Below the pieces are notes generated by a model. It was not told where the DNA came from and did not search any database. It worked only from the letters and a program-made list of their open reading frames with translations. Below, piece by piece: positions 13,879 to 23,818 of a stretch of DNA of 38,640 nt (positions are counted from its first letter, which is position 1; each line of letters starts with the position of its first letter). Origin of the DNA: Acidobacteriota bacterium (lineage in GTDB: Bacteria > Acidobacteriota > Holophagae > Holophagales > Holophagaceae); the NCBI GenBank assembly GCA_021786615.1, contig JAJYMZ010000160.1, forward strand, positions 1 through 38,640, written 5' to 3'. The translations under genes were made by a program, and so were the position numbers.

Positions 13879-16599
13879 ATGAAACCTAGCTGGCGCGTTC
13901 TCGTAGTTCAGATGCTCCTGATCGCAGCGGTCTATCCGCTGGCAGCGAAATGCTCCTATCTGATGGCCTTTCCGGGGAGCCGGGATACCGCCATCTGGTT
14001 GCCCAAGGGCATTGCCCTGGCGGTGCTGCTGGTGGGCGGGGCGAAACTCTGGCCGGGGGTTTTCCTGGGGGCGCTGATCACCGTGATGTTGAACACCACA
14101 GCTCCAGCCTGGGTGAATCTTGGCATCGCCTCAGCCAACACCATCGAAATCTGCCTGGGTTACTGGCTCATGGCGAAGGCCGGCTTCGACCAGTGCATGG
14201 TCCGCCTGAGGGATGTGGTGGTACTTGTGCTCTTTGGCGGGTTAGTTTCCACTACCGTGGGCGCTTTGCTGGGAGCCACCACCTTTGCCGCCGGGGGCCT
14301 GCTTCCATGGAGCGCCTTCCCGCCCTTCTTCGGCCGCTGGTGGTTCGGGGAAGCCACCAGCGCCCTGCTGATCACTCCTATTCTGCTGATGGCAATGAAG
14401 CCAGTTCCCAAAGCCAGCCGAGCGGAGATCGCTGAATTCCTTGCGATGATGGGACTGCTCAGCCTGGTTTCCTTCTTTGTGTTTTTCCATGGAATGGGGT
14501 TCAGCGCCCAGCGTTATCAGCTGCCCTTCCTTGCGTTGCCCGTGGTGGTCTGGGCCAGCTTGCGCTTTGGCCAGAGAGGTTCAATCTTCGCCGTGGCCGT
14601 GGTGGCGGCTTTCGCCATTCCCGCCACCATCCATGGTCTTGGCCCCCTGGTGGCGGGAGCAGGGAATCCCTCAATGGTGCCGCTGCGCGCGTTTCTCGTG
14701 GTGCTGGCCCTTACTTCAATGGTGCTCAGCACCCTGCTTTCGGAAAAGCACATCGCGGAAGCCACCGCGGGGGAATCCGAGGGACGCTTCCGGATGGTGA
14801 CCGAGACGCTCGCGGTGCCTATGGTGATCATCGGCTATCCCGAGCCAGAAATCCTCTATGTGAACGGTCTCCTGGCGGAGCTGGTGGGGCAGGAAGCCAA
14901 GGACCTCATTGGGCGGCCGTCCCTTCCTTTCTACAGGCACCCCGAGGACCGGAAGGAGTTTCTCGCCCGGATCCAGAGGGATGGCCGCGTAGACAAGATG
15001 GAACTCGAGATGCTGACCACCAGCGGACCCAGACTGGTTGAAATAACCTCGAGAGTCATCAAATTCGGCGGCAGGTCCGCCTTCCTGACGGCCTTTTATG
15101 ATCTGACGGAACGGAAGAAGGCAGAGCAAGCGCTCCTCGACAGCGAAAACCGCTATCGCGCCATGAGTGAAGGCACCACGGATGGCGTGATCATGAATGA
15201 GAACGGTCTCATCATTGACGCCAATTACTCCGCCGCGAGGATGTGGGGGGGAACCGTCGAGGAGATGATCGGCCGCACCGCGTCCAGTCTCGCGGTGGAG
15301 GAGGACCGCGGGAAGATCGCTGAAATGGTTCGCTCGGGTAGCACCGCGCCTTATGAAATCCTAGGCCTGCGCAAGGACGGCAGTTCTTTTCCCGCGGAGA
15401 TTTCCGGGAAGTCCGTGATGTACCTGGGCCGCCTCGTTCGGGTCGCTTCCATCCGGGATCTCACGGAACGCAAACGCTCCGAGGAGGCTTTGCGGGAGAG
15501 CGAGGAACGGTACGCGCTGGTGTCCCAGGGTTCCAACGAAGGCATCTGGGACACGAATCTTCTGACGGGAGAAGTTTACTTCTCCGATCGCATGAAAGAG
15601 CTGCTGGGCTTGGCTCCCGAAACTCATCCCCCCAATGTAAGGGAATGGGGCCAGTGGGCCCATCCCGGCGACCAGGAAGCCATCCGCCAGGCCATTCACG
15701 AGCATTTCAAATACCGTCGCCCCTACGACATCGAGTTCCGCTTCAGAATGCCGAGCGGCGAATACCGGTGGTTCCGCTCCCGGGGCCAGGCCATCTGGAA
15801 CGCGGAAGGCCGGGCGACGCGCATGGCGGGCTCCATGAGCGACACCACGGCGCGGAAGTTGGCGGAAAAAGAATTGCTGGCAGCCAAAGAAGCCGCGGAA
15901 GCCGCCTCACGGGCAAAGAGCGAATTCCTGGCGGTGATGAGCCATGAGATCCGGACGCCCATGAACGCCATCATCGGCATGAACTACTTGCTTCAGCAAA
16001 CCAGCCTGGACGAGGACCAGGCGGATCTTGCGCAAACCGTGGGCAGCTCAGCCCAGAGTCTCATGTCCCTGATCAATGACATTCTCGACATCTCCAAGAT
16101 CGAGGCGGACCAGATGGAGTTGGAGGACCTCCCCTTTGATGTGCGGACGGTCGGGGCCGAAGTCAGGAATCTTTTCACGTCCCAGGCCGGGCAAAAGGGA
16201 TTGGCTTTTTCGGTGGATCTGGACGAGGCCATGCCACCCCTGCTGATGGGCGATCCTCAGCGGCTCCGCCAGGTCCTGGTGAATCTGCTGGGCAACGCCT
16301 TGAAATTCACCGAGCGCGGGGCCGTTCGGCTGCATATGGGCTTCAATGCGGAGGCGGGCCGGCTGGACGCGATGGTGGAGGACACGGGCATCGGCATTGC
16401 CGGAGAAAAACTGGCAGGTGTGTTTGACAAGTTCACCCAGGTTGATACCTCCATCACCCGGCGTTTCGGAGGCTCAGGCCTGGGGCTTGCCATCTCGAAG
16501 CACCTGGTGGAATTGATGGGCGGCACCATCAGGGTGGAGAGCATCTACCGGGAAGGCTCGGTGTTCCGCTTCTCCATTCCCTGGCGAATGCCTAAATAA
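13879..16599 (+). CDS. MASE1-domain, triple-PAS sensor histidine kinase
   Basis: 906 aa. N-terminal polytopic region has MASE1-like ...AIWLPKGIALAVLLVGGAKLWPGVFLGA. Three PAS/PAC-like blocks are each followed by DLTERK/DTTARK. H-box AVMSHEIRTPMN; G-boxes EDTGIGI and GGSGLGLAI. Confidence 0.85.
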   Translation: MKPSWRVLVVQMLLIAAVYPLAAKCSYLMAFPGSRDTAIWLPKGIALAVLLVGGAKLWPGVFLGALITVMLNTTAPAWVNLGIASANTIEICLGYWLMAKAGFDQCMVRLRDVVVLVLFGGLVSTTVGALLGATTFAAGGLLPWSAFPPFFGRWWFGEATSALLITPILLMAMKPVPKASRAEIAEFLAMMGLLSLVSFFVFFHGMGFSAQRYQLPFLALPVVVWASLRFGQRGSIFAVAVVAAFAIPATIHGLGPLVAGAGNPSMVPLRAFLVVLALTSMVLSTLLSEKHIAEATAGESEGRFRMVTETLAVPMVIIGYPEPEILYVNGLLAELVGQEAKDLIGRPSLPFYRHPEDRKEFLARIQRDGRVDKMELEMLTTSGPRLVEITSRVIKFGGRSAFLTAFYDLTERKKAEQALLDSENRYRAMSEGTTDGVIMNENGLIIDANYSAARMWGGTVEEMIGRTASSLAVEEDRGKIAEMVRSGSTAPYEILGLRKDGSSFPAEISGKSVMYLGRLVRVASIRDLTERKRSEEALRESEERYALVSQGSNEGIWDTNLLTGEVYFSDRMKELLGLAPETHPPNVREWGQWAHPGDQEAIRQAIHEHFKYRRPYDIEFRFRMPSGEYRWFRSRGQAIWNAEGRATRMAGSMSDTTARKLAEKELLAAKEAAEAASRAKSEFLAVMSHEIRTPMNAIIGMNYLLQQTSLDEDQADLAQTVGSSAQSLMSLINDILDISKIEADQMELEDLPFDVRTVGAEVRNLFTSQAGQKGLAFSVDLDEAMPPLLMGDPQRLRQVLVNLLGNALKFTERGAVRLHMGFNAEAGRLDAMVEDTGIGIAGEKLAGVFDKFTQVDTSITRRFGGSGLGLAISKHLVELMGGTIRVESIYREGSVFRFSIPWRMPK

Positions 16600-16623
16600 G
16601 AGGCTGTCGGGCCGCTGGACCTT

Positions 16624-17706
16624 TCAGTTCCTGACGTAGTGGCAGGTGTAGCCGCCGGGATGTTTCTGCAGGTAGTCCTGGTGGGCTTCTTCAGCCAGAT
16701 AAAACGTGCTGGCGGGTACGATTTCCGTGACCACTTTCTTCGGCCATTTTCCGCTGGCATCCACCTCGGCCTTCACTTTCTCGGCTATCTGGCGCTGGGT
16801 TTCATCGTGATAGAAAATCGCGGAACGGTACTGGCTGCCCATGTCATTCCCCTGGCGGTTCAGCGTGGTGGGGTCGTGGATGCGGAAGAAGAATCGCAGG
16901 ATGGCTTCATAACTGGTCTTGGCGGGGTCGAAATGGATCTCGATGGCTTCGGCATGGCCGGACTTGCTGTCGTGGGTGTCTTCGTACTTGGGATTCGCCA
17001 AGTGGCCGCCGGTGTAGCCCACCCGCGTGGTGATGACGCCGGGCTGTTCGCGGATCAGCTCCTGCATGCCCCAGAAACACCCGCCCGCCAGCGTCGCGAC
17101 GTTCGAAGACTGCCCTGCTTCTGCCGGCTTCGGCGCGGGCTTCCCGAATAGCGGCAGATAGCTCCCGAATCCTTCTTTTTCCAGATCCTCCACTGGAATG
17201 AACTTCAACGAAGCCGAATTGATGCAGTAGCGCAGGCGCGTGGGGCCGGGGCCGTCATCGAACACGTGGCCCAGATGTGAATCGCTGTCCTTGGACCGCA
17301 CTTCTGTCCGGGCCATGCCGAAAGAGGAATCCGTCTTCTCGACGACCTTTTTTTCTTCCAGGGGCTTGGAGAAGCTGGGCCAGCCGCAGCCTGAATCGAA
17401 CTTGTCCTTGGAGGAGAACAAGGGCTCGCCGCTCACCACATCCACGTAAAGACCTTCGCGGTGGTTGTCCCAGAATTCGTTGCGGAAGGCCGGCTCGGTG
17501 GCCGCCTCCTGGGTGACCTTGTATTGCATGGGTGTGAGCCGGTCTTTCAGTTCCGCCTGGTCGGGTTTTTTGGAATCGCCCACTTTGCTCTTCTCCGTGG
17601 ATTGAAAGGTGGCCGCAGGTTTGGCTGGCTGCATTGGGAGGAACGCGATTCCCGCCCCTGCAAGGATAGTAAGGATCGCCGCGATTGCCCATTTCGTCAT
17701 CATCAT
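16624..17706 (-). CDS. msrBA: secreted bifunctional methionine sulfoxide reductase, MsrB-MsrA fusion
   Basis: N-terminal TM/signal segment. MsrB block ([26 protein letters not shown]...[10 protein letters not shown]...RYCINS) precedes the MsrA block (GGCFWGMQE...GYTGG...HAEAIEI...[13 protein letters not shown]). Start is ambiguous: 17706, 17709 or 17730. Confidence 0.92.
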   Translation of the reverse strand: MMMTKWAIAAILTILAGAGIAFLPMQPAKPAATFQSTEKSKVGDSKKPDQAELKDRLTPMQYKVTQEAATEPAFRNEFWDNHREGLYVDVVSGEPLFSSKDKFDSGCGWPSFSKPLEEKKVVEKTDSSFGMARTEVRSKDSDSHLGHVFDDGPGPTRLRYCINSASLKFIPVEDLEKEGFGSYLPLFGKPAPKPAEAGQSSNVATLAGGCFWGMQELIREQPGVITTRVGYTGGHLANPKYEDTHDSKSGHAEAIEIHFDPAKTSYEAILRFFFRIHDPTTLNRQGNDMGSQYRSAIFYHDETQRQIAEKVKAEVDASGKWPKKVVTEIVPASTFYLAEEAHQDYLQKHPGGYTCHYVRN

Positions 17707-17776
17707 CACGGTCGCCGCTCCTGGTTCCAATCTCTGATGCCAGGGACTGGTGGAGTGTTCCAGGGAAAAAGCCGGG

Positions 17777-17831
17777 GAAGTCGAGAAGTCGAAGGTTGAA
17801 ACGTTAAGACCTTGAAAAGTCGAGGGTCGAG
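17777..17831. repeat. four GTCGA(G/A) copies, including a tandem GAAGTCGA-GAAGTCGA, in the msrBA / xdhC divergent intergenic region
   Basis: GAAGTCGA at 17777-17784 and 17785-17792; AAGTCGAG at 17817-17824; GGTCGAG at 17825-17831. Confidence 0.6.
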
Positions 17832-18021
17832 AATCAAACGGCCAAGCCCAAGCGGCAACCAGCCTTGAGCGCCTCGTCCGTTGTTCATGGCCATAACTGT
17901 TGGCTCATGCTCCGCGGCCTAGCACCATCCATTGAATGCCCCTGCGGCTGAGCCTAGAGTGTGAACACGCTACCCCGGGGCAAACCATGACGGCAGAGAT
18001 GATTTTGAAAGCAGCCAAAGC

Positions 18022-19011
18022 GTGAGCGGCCTCCACCGAATCCTGGATGCCATCCTTGCTCTGCAAGGCCCGTTGCTGCTGGCGACGCTGGTGCGTGTGG
18101 AAGGCTCCAGCTATCGGCAGCCCGGGGCCCGGTTGTTGATGGATACCAACGGGCCGGTGCTTGGTTCCATCAGCGGTGGTTGTCTGGAAGCCGATGTCTT
18201 CGCGAAGGGACAGGAGTGCTTGCGGACCGGGAAACCCCTCCTGCTGCGCTACGATCTGCGTTCTGATCTGGATCTTATCTGGGGCACAGGATCGGGGTGT
18301 GAAGGGGTAGCAGAAATTCTGGTGGAACCGCTCGGAGAAGCAGGCTGGGTCGAGCGCCTGGAAGACGCGTCGCGGTCGCGGCGCACCCTGCGCATCGCCA
18401 CGCGACTGGATGCGGCACGGCTTGGGGAGCGCGTTTTTTTAACTGGGGAAAAGCAGCCCGAGGAGGCGGATCTATTCGTGGAGGAATTCAAACCCCCCAT
18501 CGCGCTCTGGATATTTGGCGCCGGAGACGATGCCAGGCCCTTGGTCCACATGGCCAAATCGCTGGAGTTTTTCGTTGGGCTTGTGGACCATCGTCCGGCC
18601 TTCGCGCGCGCCGAGCGTTTTCCGGATGCGGATTCGGTGAAGTGTCTGCGGCCTTCCATGGGTCTTGATGGAATTCCACTGGATGACCGCAGCGCGGCGC
18701 TCCTGCTGACCCACCACTTCGAAATGGACAGCGGCTGGATGAAGCTGCTGATGCCGAGCGAGGCTGGCTACCTGGGGCTCATGGGCCATCGCCGCCGCGG
18801 CCAGCGCATTCTCGCGGAGCTTGAAAACGCACCAACCCAGGCGCAGGCAGCGCGGTTCTACTCACCCGTGGGCCTGGATCTTGGAAGCGAATCCCCAGAA
18901 ACCATCGCCTTGTCCATCCTCGCCGAAATCCAAGCGGTATTCGGAGGCAAGCCGGCCGTTCATTTGCGTGATGCCTTGGGTGCCATCCATTCACTGACCA
19001 AGCCCCGGTGA
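18022..19011 (+). CDS. xdhC: XdhC/CoxI-family molybdoenzyme maturation protein
   Basis: N-terminal ATLVRVEGSSYRQPGARLL..GSISGGCLE, then a Rossmann-like IFGAGDDARPL. GTG start. Confidence 0.82.
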   Translation: MSGLHRILDAILALQGPLLLATLVRVEGSSYRQPGARLLMDTNGPVLGSISGGCLEADVFAKGQECLRTGKPLLLRYDLRSDLDLIWGTGSGCEGVAEILVEPLGEAGWVERLEDASRSRRTLRIATRLDAARLGERVFLTGEKQPEEADLFVEEFKPPIALWIFGAGDDARPLVHMAKSLEFFVGLVDHRPAFARAERFPDADSVKCLRPSMGLDGIPLDDRSAALLLTHHFEMDSGWMKLLMPSEAGYLGLMGHRRRGQRILAELENAPTQAQAARFYSPVGLDLGSESPETIALSILAEIQAVFGGKPAVHLRDALGAIHSLTKPR

Positions 19012-19592
19012 GCATCGCCGCGATCGTCCTCGCCGCAGGGGCCTCCCGCCGCATGGGCCAATCCAAACAGGTCCTGGAGCTGGGCGGCGAGGCCTTGGTC
19101 CATCGCGCCGCGCGGGTCGCGCTCCAGGCCGGTTGCGATCCCACCCTGGTGGTGTTGGGATGTCAGGCAGAAGCAGTGGGAGCAGCCCTCTCAGGGCTTC
19201 CATGCACAAAAGTCGTCAACGGAGACTGGGAGGAGGGCATGGCGTCCTCGATCCGCGCGGGACTCAGTGCCGTGCCCCATCATGCCGTGGCGGTCTTGCT
19301 GCTGGCCTGCGATCAGCCCGCAGTAGATGCGGACTTCCTAAGGCTGATGATCCAGGACTTCCACCTGGAGCCGGAACGCGTCCTGGCGGCGGCCTACGCG
19401 GGGGCCGTGGGAATACCCGCGCTGTTCCCGCGCCGCTGCTTTGAAGCGTTAAAAGGGTTGACCGGTGATCGCGGCGCGCGTTCGCTGCTGGAGGATGCTG
19501 ACGTGCTGAGCCTGCCGCTGCTGGGGGGCGAGAGGGACATAGATACAACCCTTGATTTCGAAGAGACGCGAAGACGGATGGAACTTTCCTGA
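19008..19592 (+). CDS. mocA: MobA-like nucleotidyltransferase, probable molybdenum-cofactor cytidylyltransferase
   Basis: AAIVLAAGASRRMGQSKQ motif; ...LLACDQP. The GTG start overlaps the xdhC TGA (GTGA, 19008-19011). Confidence 0.78.
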   Translation: MSIAAIVLAAGASRRMGQSKQVLELGGEALVHRAARVALQAGCDPTLVVLGCQAEAVGAALSGLPCTKVVNGDWEEGMASSIRAGLSAVPHHAVAVLLLACDQPAVDADFLRLMIQDFHLEPERVLAAAYAGAVGIPALFPRRCFEALKGLTGDRGARSLLEDADVLSLPLLGGERDIDTTLDFEETRRRMELS

Positions 19593-19711
19593 CATGCGCA
19601 TCCCTCGTTGGACCTCCTTAGGCCCCTCAGCATCCAGGACTTCATTGCGCGGTGGAAAGGCTCCGCCGGAAGCAAGGAGGCTAATTCCCCGGCTTTGGTA
19701 ATGTCCCCGGC

Positions 19712-20128
19712 TCAAGCGCCTTTTGGCATCTCCGGGTGTTTCGCCTTCCGGCGGCTCCGGGCCTTTTCCACTTCCGGCAGATGTTCCTCGGCCCATTGGC
19801 AGAGCGCGGACAAGGGTTCCCGCAGGGTCTCGCCCAGGGGCGTCAATTCGTATTCGGTGCGGGGAGGGACTTCGGGATAGACGCGGCGGTTCACCAGGCC
19901 ATCGTCTTCCAATTGACGCAGCGTCTGCGTGAGCATTTTCTGGCTGATGCCTTCGATGCGCTTGTGCAGCTCTCCGTAGCGGTGCTTGCCGCCGGCCAGC
20001 AGGTAGATCACCAGCGTGGTCCACTTGTCGGCGATGAGATCCAGCACCTGGCGCGTGGGACAGGCGCCGCTCAGGACATTGGGGTGGAGCGCGCAAGCTT
20101 TTCTTACCATGGGGTGCCTACCTTCCAA
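19712..20128 (-). CDS. HxlR-family (MarR-like) transcriptional regulator
   Basis: CPTRQVLDLIADKWTTLVIYLL..GKHRYGELHKRIEGISQKMLTQTLRQLEDDGLVNRRVYPEVPPRTEYELTPLG. Alternative start at 20110. Confidence 0.9.
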   Translation of the reverse strand: MEGRHPMVRKACALHPNVLSGACPTRQVLDLIADKWTTLVIYLLAGGKHRYGELHKRIEGISQKMLTQTLRQLEDDGLVNRRVYPEVPPRTEYELTPLGETLREPLSALCQWAEEHLPEVEKARSRRKAKHPEMPKGA

Positions 20129-20215
20129 AATAGTGCCTACTTTCTTTTAGAGAGCAAGCGCCCTAATCATAGGCTACGGCCAATGAGGCCGCAATATTCA
20201 GAAAAGGAGAACCCC

Positions 20216-21070
20216 ATGATCCTGGTCACGGGCAGCACCGGCAAGGTAGGCCAACCACTCGTGGCAGCCCTGAAAAAGAAAGGCGTGGCCTTCAAGGCCC
20301 TGGCCCGCAGCGAAGCCCCCTTGAAGGCTCTGACAGCCCTGGGAGTGGAAACAGTAAAGGGAGACCTCGGGGATCCCACATCCATGAAAGTCGCGCTCCA
20401 AGGCAGCGACAAGCTATTCCTGCTTTCATCAGCCTCGCACTTCGATCGCCTTGAAATCGGCGCCATCAGAGCCGCCCAAGACGTTGGCGTGAAACATGTG
20501 GTCAAGCTTTCCGCTGGCGGCGCCAGCGCCGATTCCACGAACCCCCTGCTGAGGGCCCATGCCCGCGTCGAGCGCGCCCTGGAGGACTCCGGCCTCGCGT
20601 TCACCATCCTGCGCCCCAGCTTTTTCATGCAGAACTGGGTGGCCTTCTTTTCCCATGGAATCAAAGCCGGGCAGCCGGTCTACGTGAATGCCGGGGAAGG
20701 GCGCCTGGCCTGGATTGACACCCGCGACATCGCGGATGTGGCGGCCGCAGCGCTTACGGAGGCCGGCCACGAAGGCCTGGTGTACGACCTCACGGGTCCT
20801 GAAGCTCTGGGCTACGGTGAGGTCGCCCAGCGCCTCGGCCAACTGTTGGGGCGCGAGGTGGCCTACGTGCCCGTGCCCGATGCGGCCGCCTTCCAGGCCA
20901 TGAAAGGCATGGGCATGGACGCCTGGTACGCCTACGGCATGGTGGCGCTGCATCAGGGCGTCCGCCGGGGCCTGGCTGAGGCCACCACGGGCACCGTGGA
21001 ACTGATCACCGCGAAAGCCCCCCGGACCTTGGACGCCTACCTGAAGGAGAACCTCGGGGCCTTCATGTGA
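20216..21070 (+). CDS. NmrA-family / atypical SDR NAD(P)H-binding oxidoreductase
   Basis: Starts MILVTGSTGKVGQPLV, preceded by AAAAGGAGA Shine-Dalgarno. The 5' part of the 19736 ORF is antisense to hxlR and was discarded. Confidence 0.82.
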   Translation: MILVTGSTGKVGQPLVAALKKKGVAFKALARSEAPLKALTALGVETVKGDLGDPTSMKVALQGSDKLFLLSSASHFDRLEIGAIRAAQDVGVKHVVKLSAGGASADSTNPLLRAHARVERALEDSGLAFTILRPSFFMQNWVAFFSHGIKAGQPVYVNAGEGRLAWIDTRDIADVAAAALTEAGHEGLVYDLTGPEALGYGEVAQRLGQLLGREVAYVPVPDAAAFQAMKGMGMDAWYAYGMVALHQGVRRGLAEATTGTVELITAKAPRTLDAYLKENLGAFM

Positions 21071-21178
21071 AGAAGAAAACAACGAGGATGGCGATGGCTT
21101 GATCGCCCGCGATTCCTCACAATGAGATTCTTGGCTGACATGATCCAAAACCAGCCGCCCATTTCTCTGGAGACTTCC

Positions 21179-22165
21179 ATGCCGTTCCGATCCTTAGGCG
21201 CTCAAGGCCTCATCGTTTCCTCCCTCGGTCTGGGCTGTATGGGCATGTCGGACTTCTATGGCGCCAAGGACGACACGGAATCCACCGCCACCATCCATCG
21301 TTTTCTGGACCGCGGCTTCAACTTCCTGGACACGGCGGATGCCTATGGACCCTTTCTCAATGAGGAACTGGTGGGCCGCGCCATCAAAGGACGCCGCGAT
21401 TCCGTGGTGCTCGCCACGAAGTTCGGCATCCAGCGCACCGCCAACCCCGCCGAGCGCCGCATCAATGGCCGCCCTGAGTACGTAAGATCCGCCGCCGAGG
21501 CCAGCCTCAAGCGGCTGGGGGTGGATCACATTGATCTGTACTACCTGCATCGCGTGGACGCGGACACGCCCATCGAGGACACCGTCGGCGCCATGGCGGA
21601 GTTGGTGGAACAGGGCAAGGTACGCTTCCTGGGCCTTTCCGAAACATCGCCGGAGACCCTGCGCCGCGCCATGAAAGTGCATCCCATCTCGGTATTGCAA
21701 AGCGAGTATTCCCTCTGGACCCGGGACCCCGAAGATGGCGTACTGGGGGCCTGCCGCGAACTGGGCATCGGCTTCGTGGCCTACAGTCCTCTGGGACGCG
21801 GGTTCCTGACCGGCCGGCTGCGGAAGTTCGAGGATTTCGCCGCGGACGACTATCGGCGCAACTCGCCGCGGTTCCAGGGCGAGAACTTCCAGAAGAACCT
21901 GGACCTCGTGGACAAGGTGGCGGAACTGGCCAAGGCGAAGGGCTGCACGCCCGCCCAGCTGGCCTTGGCCTGGGTGCTGGCCCAAGGAAAGGACATCGTG
22001 CCGATCCCAGGCACGAAGCGCCGGACCACGCTGGACGAGAATCTCGATACGCTGGCCATCCAACTCACGGCCCATGAACTCACCCGGCTGGATGAGGTGC
22101 TGCCCAAGGGTGCAGCCGCCGGCCCGCGCTACCCTGAAGCCATGATGAAACTGGTGGGCCGCTGA
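21179..22165 (+). CDS. aldo/keto reductase
   Basis: [63 protein letters not shown]. Start taken at the second ATG, which has a GGAGA Shine-Dalgarno. Confidence 0.92.
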   Translation: MPFRSLGAQGLIVSSLGLGCMGMSDFYGAKDDTESTATIHRFLDRGFNFLDTADAYGPFLNEELVGRAIKGRRDSVVLATKFGIQRTANPAERRINGRPEYVRSAAEASLKRLGVDHIDLYYLHRVDADTPIEDTVGAMAELVEQGKVRFLGLSETSPETLRRAMKVHPISVLQSEYSLWTRDPEDGVLGACRELGIGFVAYSPLGRGFLTGRLRKFEDFAADDYRRNSPRFQGENFQKNLDLVDKVAELAKAKGCTPAQLALAWVLAQGKDIVPIPGTKRRTTLDENLDTLAIQLTAHELTRLDEVLPKGAAAGPRYPEAMMKLVGR

Positions 22166-22203
22166 CGGATCGGGTAGGGTGGATTCATTGACCGGAGTTC
22201 CAC

Positions 22204-22875
22204 ATGGATGAACCCACCAAACCCCTCATGGTCCTTGTGGGCATGGGCCCGGGCCTGGGTCTTTCGCTGGTTCGGCGTTTCGCCAAGGAGGGCTTCCACA
22301 CGGCCTTCATGGCCCGGCGCCTGGACGCCGTGAAATCCTTCACGGACCGCCTGCGGAAAGAGGGCATTCCTGCCTGGGGCTTCGGCGTGGACGCGGCGGA
22401 TCCAGATTCTTTGAAGGCCGCCTTCAGGTCCATCCACGGAAGCCTGGGCGAGCCCGACGTGCTCATCTACAACGCGTCGGTTTTCCGCGAGGCGGTGCCG
22501 TCGAAATTGGATCCCAAGGATCTGAACCTGGAATTCCGCGGCATGGTGGGTGGATTCCTGGTCTCTGCCCAAGCCGTCATTCCTGAGATGAAAACCAAGG
22601 GCAAAGGCACGATCCTGCTGACCGGCGGCGGCTCCGCGCTCAGCCCCTTCGCCAGCGGCGCGAGCCTGTGCATCGGGAAGGCTGGCCAACGCAGCCTCTG
22701 CTTCAGCCTCTCCCAGGAGCTGGCCCCCAGCGGCATCCACGTGGCCACGGTCACCGTCTGCGGGATGATCGCGCCGGGCACCGCCTTCGATCCCGACCGC
22801 ATCGCCGATCAGTTCTGGCAATTGCATGTCCAGAAACCCGGAGCATTCGAGACCGAGCGGATCTACAGAGGCTGA
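22204..22875 (+). CDS. short-chain dehydrogenase/reductase family protein
   Basis: 223 aa. Glycine-rich VGMGPGLGLS, NASVF, and a central TGGGSAL..GKAG region. Confidence 0.75.
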   Translation: MDEPTKPLMVLVGMGPGLGLSLVRRFAKEGFHTAFMARRLDAVKSFTDRLRKEGIPAWGFGVDAADPDSLKAAFRSIHGSLGEPDVLIYNASVFREAVPSKLDPKDLNLEFRGMVGGFLVSAQAVIPEMKTKGKGTILLTGGGSALSPFASGASLCIGKAGQRSLCFSLSQELAPSGIHVATVTVCGMIAPGTAFDPDRIADQFWQLHVQKPGAFETERIYRG

Positions 22876-22890
22876 GGACTCGGAGGCACC

Positions 22891-23751
22891 ATGGCCCTGC
22901 GATCCAAAGCCTATCCGGATAACGTCCCTGGCGCTTTCTTCGTGGACACGAGCTGCATTGACTGTGGCACCTGCTACACCATGGCGCCGGATGTCTTCCT
23001 GGATGCGGGGGATCATTCCAGCGTCCATCATCAGCCCAGTGAAATCCAGCGCATGCGGGCGTCCATGGCCCTTCTGGCCTGCCCCACGGGCAGCATCGGG
23101 AGCGAAGACAAGGCCTCCATGGCGGAAGCCCTGGGGGCCTTTCCTGATCCCATCGAGGATGAAGTCCACTTCTGCGGATTTACCGCCGAGAACAGTTTCG
23201 GCGCGTGGAGCTATTTCATCCGGCGCGAAGCGGGCAATGTAATTATGGATTCCCCTCGGGCCGCGCAACCGCTGATGAAGCGCATCGCGGAACAGGGCGG
23301 AGTGAAGATGATGGTGCTCAGCCACCAGGATGACGTGGCGGATCACGCGGCTTTCCGCGAGCGTTTCGAGTGCGAACGCATCATGCATTCCGGCGACCGC
23401 TACCCAGGGCTTGAACGTTACATCGAAGGCGATGACCCCGTCCAGCTGGACCCGGATCTGCTATTCATCCCCACGCCAGGCCACACAGCCGGGAGTGCCT
23501 GTCTGCTCTACCGGGAAACCTTCCTTTTCACCGGCGACCACCTTTGGTGGAACCCCAAGCGGGAGATGCTTTCGGCTTCGAAAAACTTCAATTGGCAATC
23601 CTGGCCCCAGCAGCTCAAGTCCCTGGAGAAGCTGCTGGATTTCGAATTCCGGTGGGTGCTGCCAGGCCACGGCGCGTCCAAGCGCACGGATACGCCCGAA
23701 GAAATGCGGAAGGAATTGGAGCGGGGGCTGGAATACCTCAAGAAGCTCTGA
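22891..23751 (+). CDS. ferredoxin-domain / metallo-beta-lactamase-fold fusion protein
   Basis: N-terminus has CIDCGTC...ACP (single Fe-S cluster ferredoxin pattern). C-terminus has MBL motifs [15 protein letters not shown] and LPGHG. The canonical HxHxDH is replaced by [10 protein letters not shown]. Confidence 0.7.
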   Translation: MALRSKAYPDNVPGAFFVDTSCIDCGTCYTMAPDVFLDAGDHSSVHHQPSEIQRMRASMALLACPTGSIGSEDKASMAEALGAFPDPIEDEVHFCGFTAENSFGAWSYFIRREAGNVIMDSPRAAQPLMKRIAEQGGVKMMVLSHQDDVADHAAFRERFECERIMHSGDRYPGLERYIEGDDPVQLDPDLLFIPTPGHTAGSACLLYRETFLFTGDHLWWNPKREMLSASKNFNWQSWPQQLKSLEKLLDFEFRWVLPGHGASKRTDTPEEMRKELERGLEYLKKL

Positions 23752-23818
23752 TCCTCGGTCCTACCCACGATCGCACATTGGCGACCCAGGTAGAATGAAG
23801 CGTTCCATCGGAGCCGCC

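Noticed and set aside
19736-20215. 5' extension of the NmrA-like ORF (the 444-aa version).
   Set aside because: It is antisense to the well-supported hxlR gene. The Rossmann motif MILVTGSTGKVG, with an AAAAGGAGA Shine-Dalgarno, starts at 20216.
23330-23818. 5' extension of the hutU ORF (the 716-aa version).
   Set aside because: It overlaps the MBL-fusion gene in another frame. Canonical HutU length and N-terminus are obtained from ATG 23819, which has a GGAG Shine-Dalgarno; ATG 23795 is a minor alternative.
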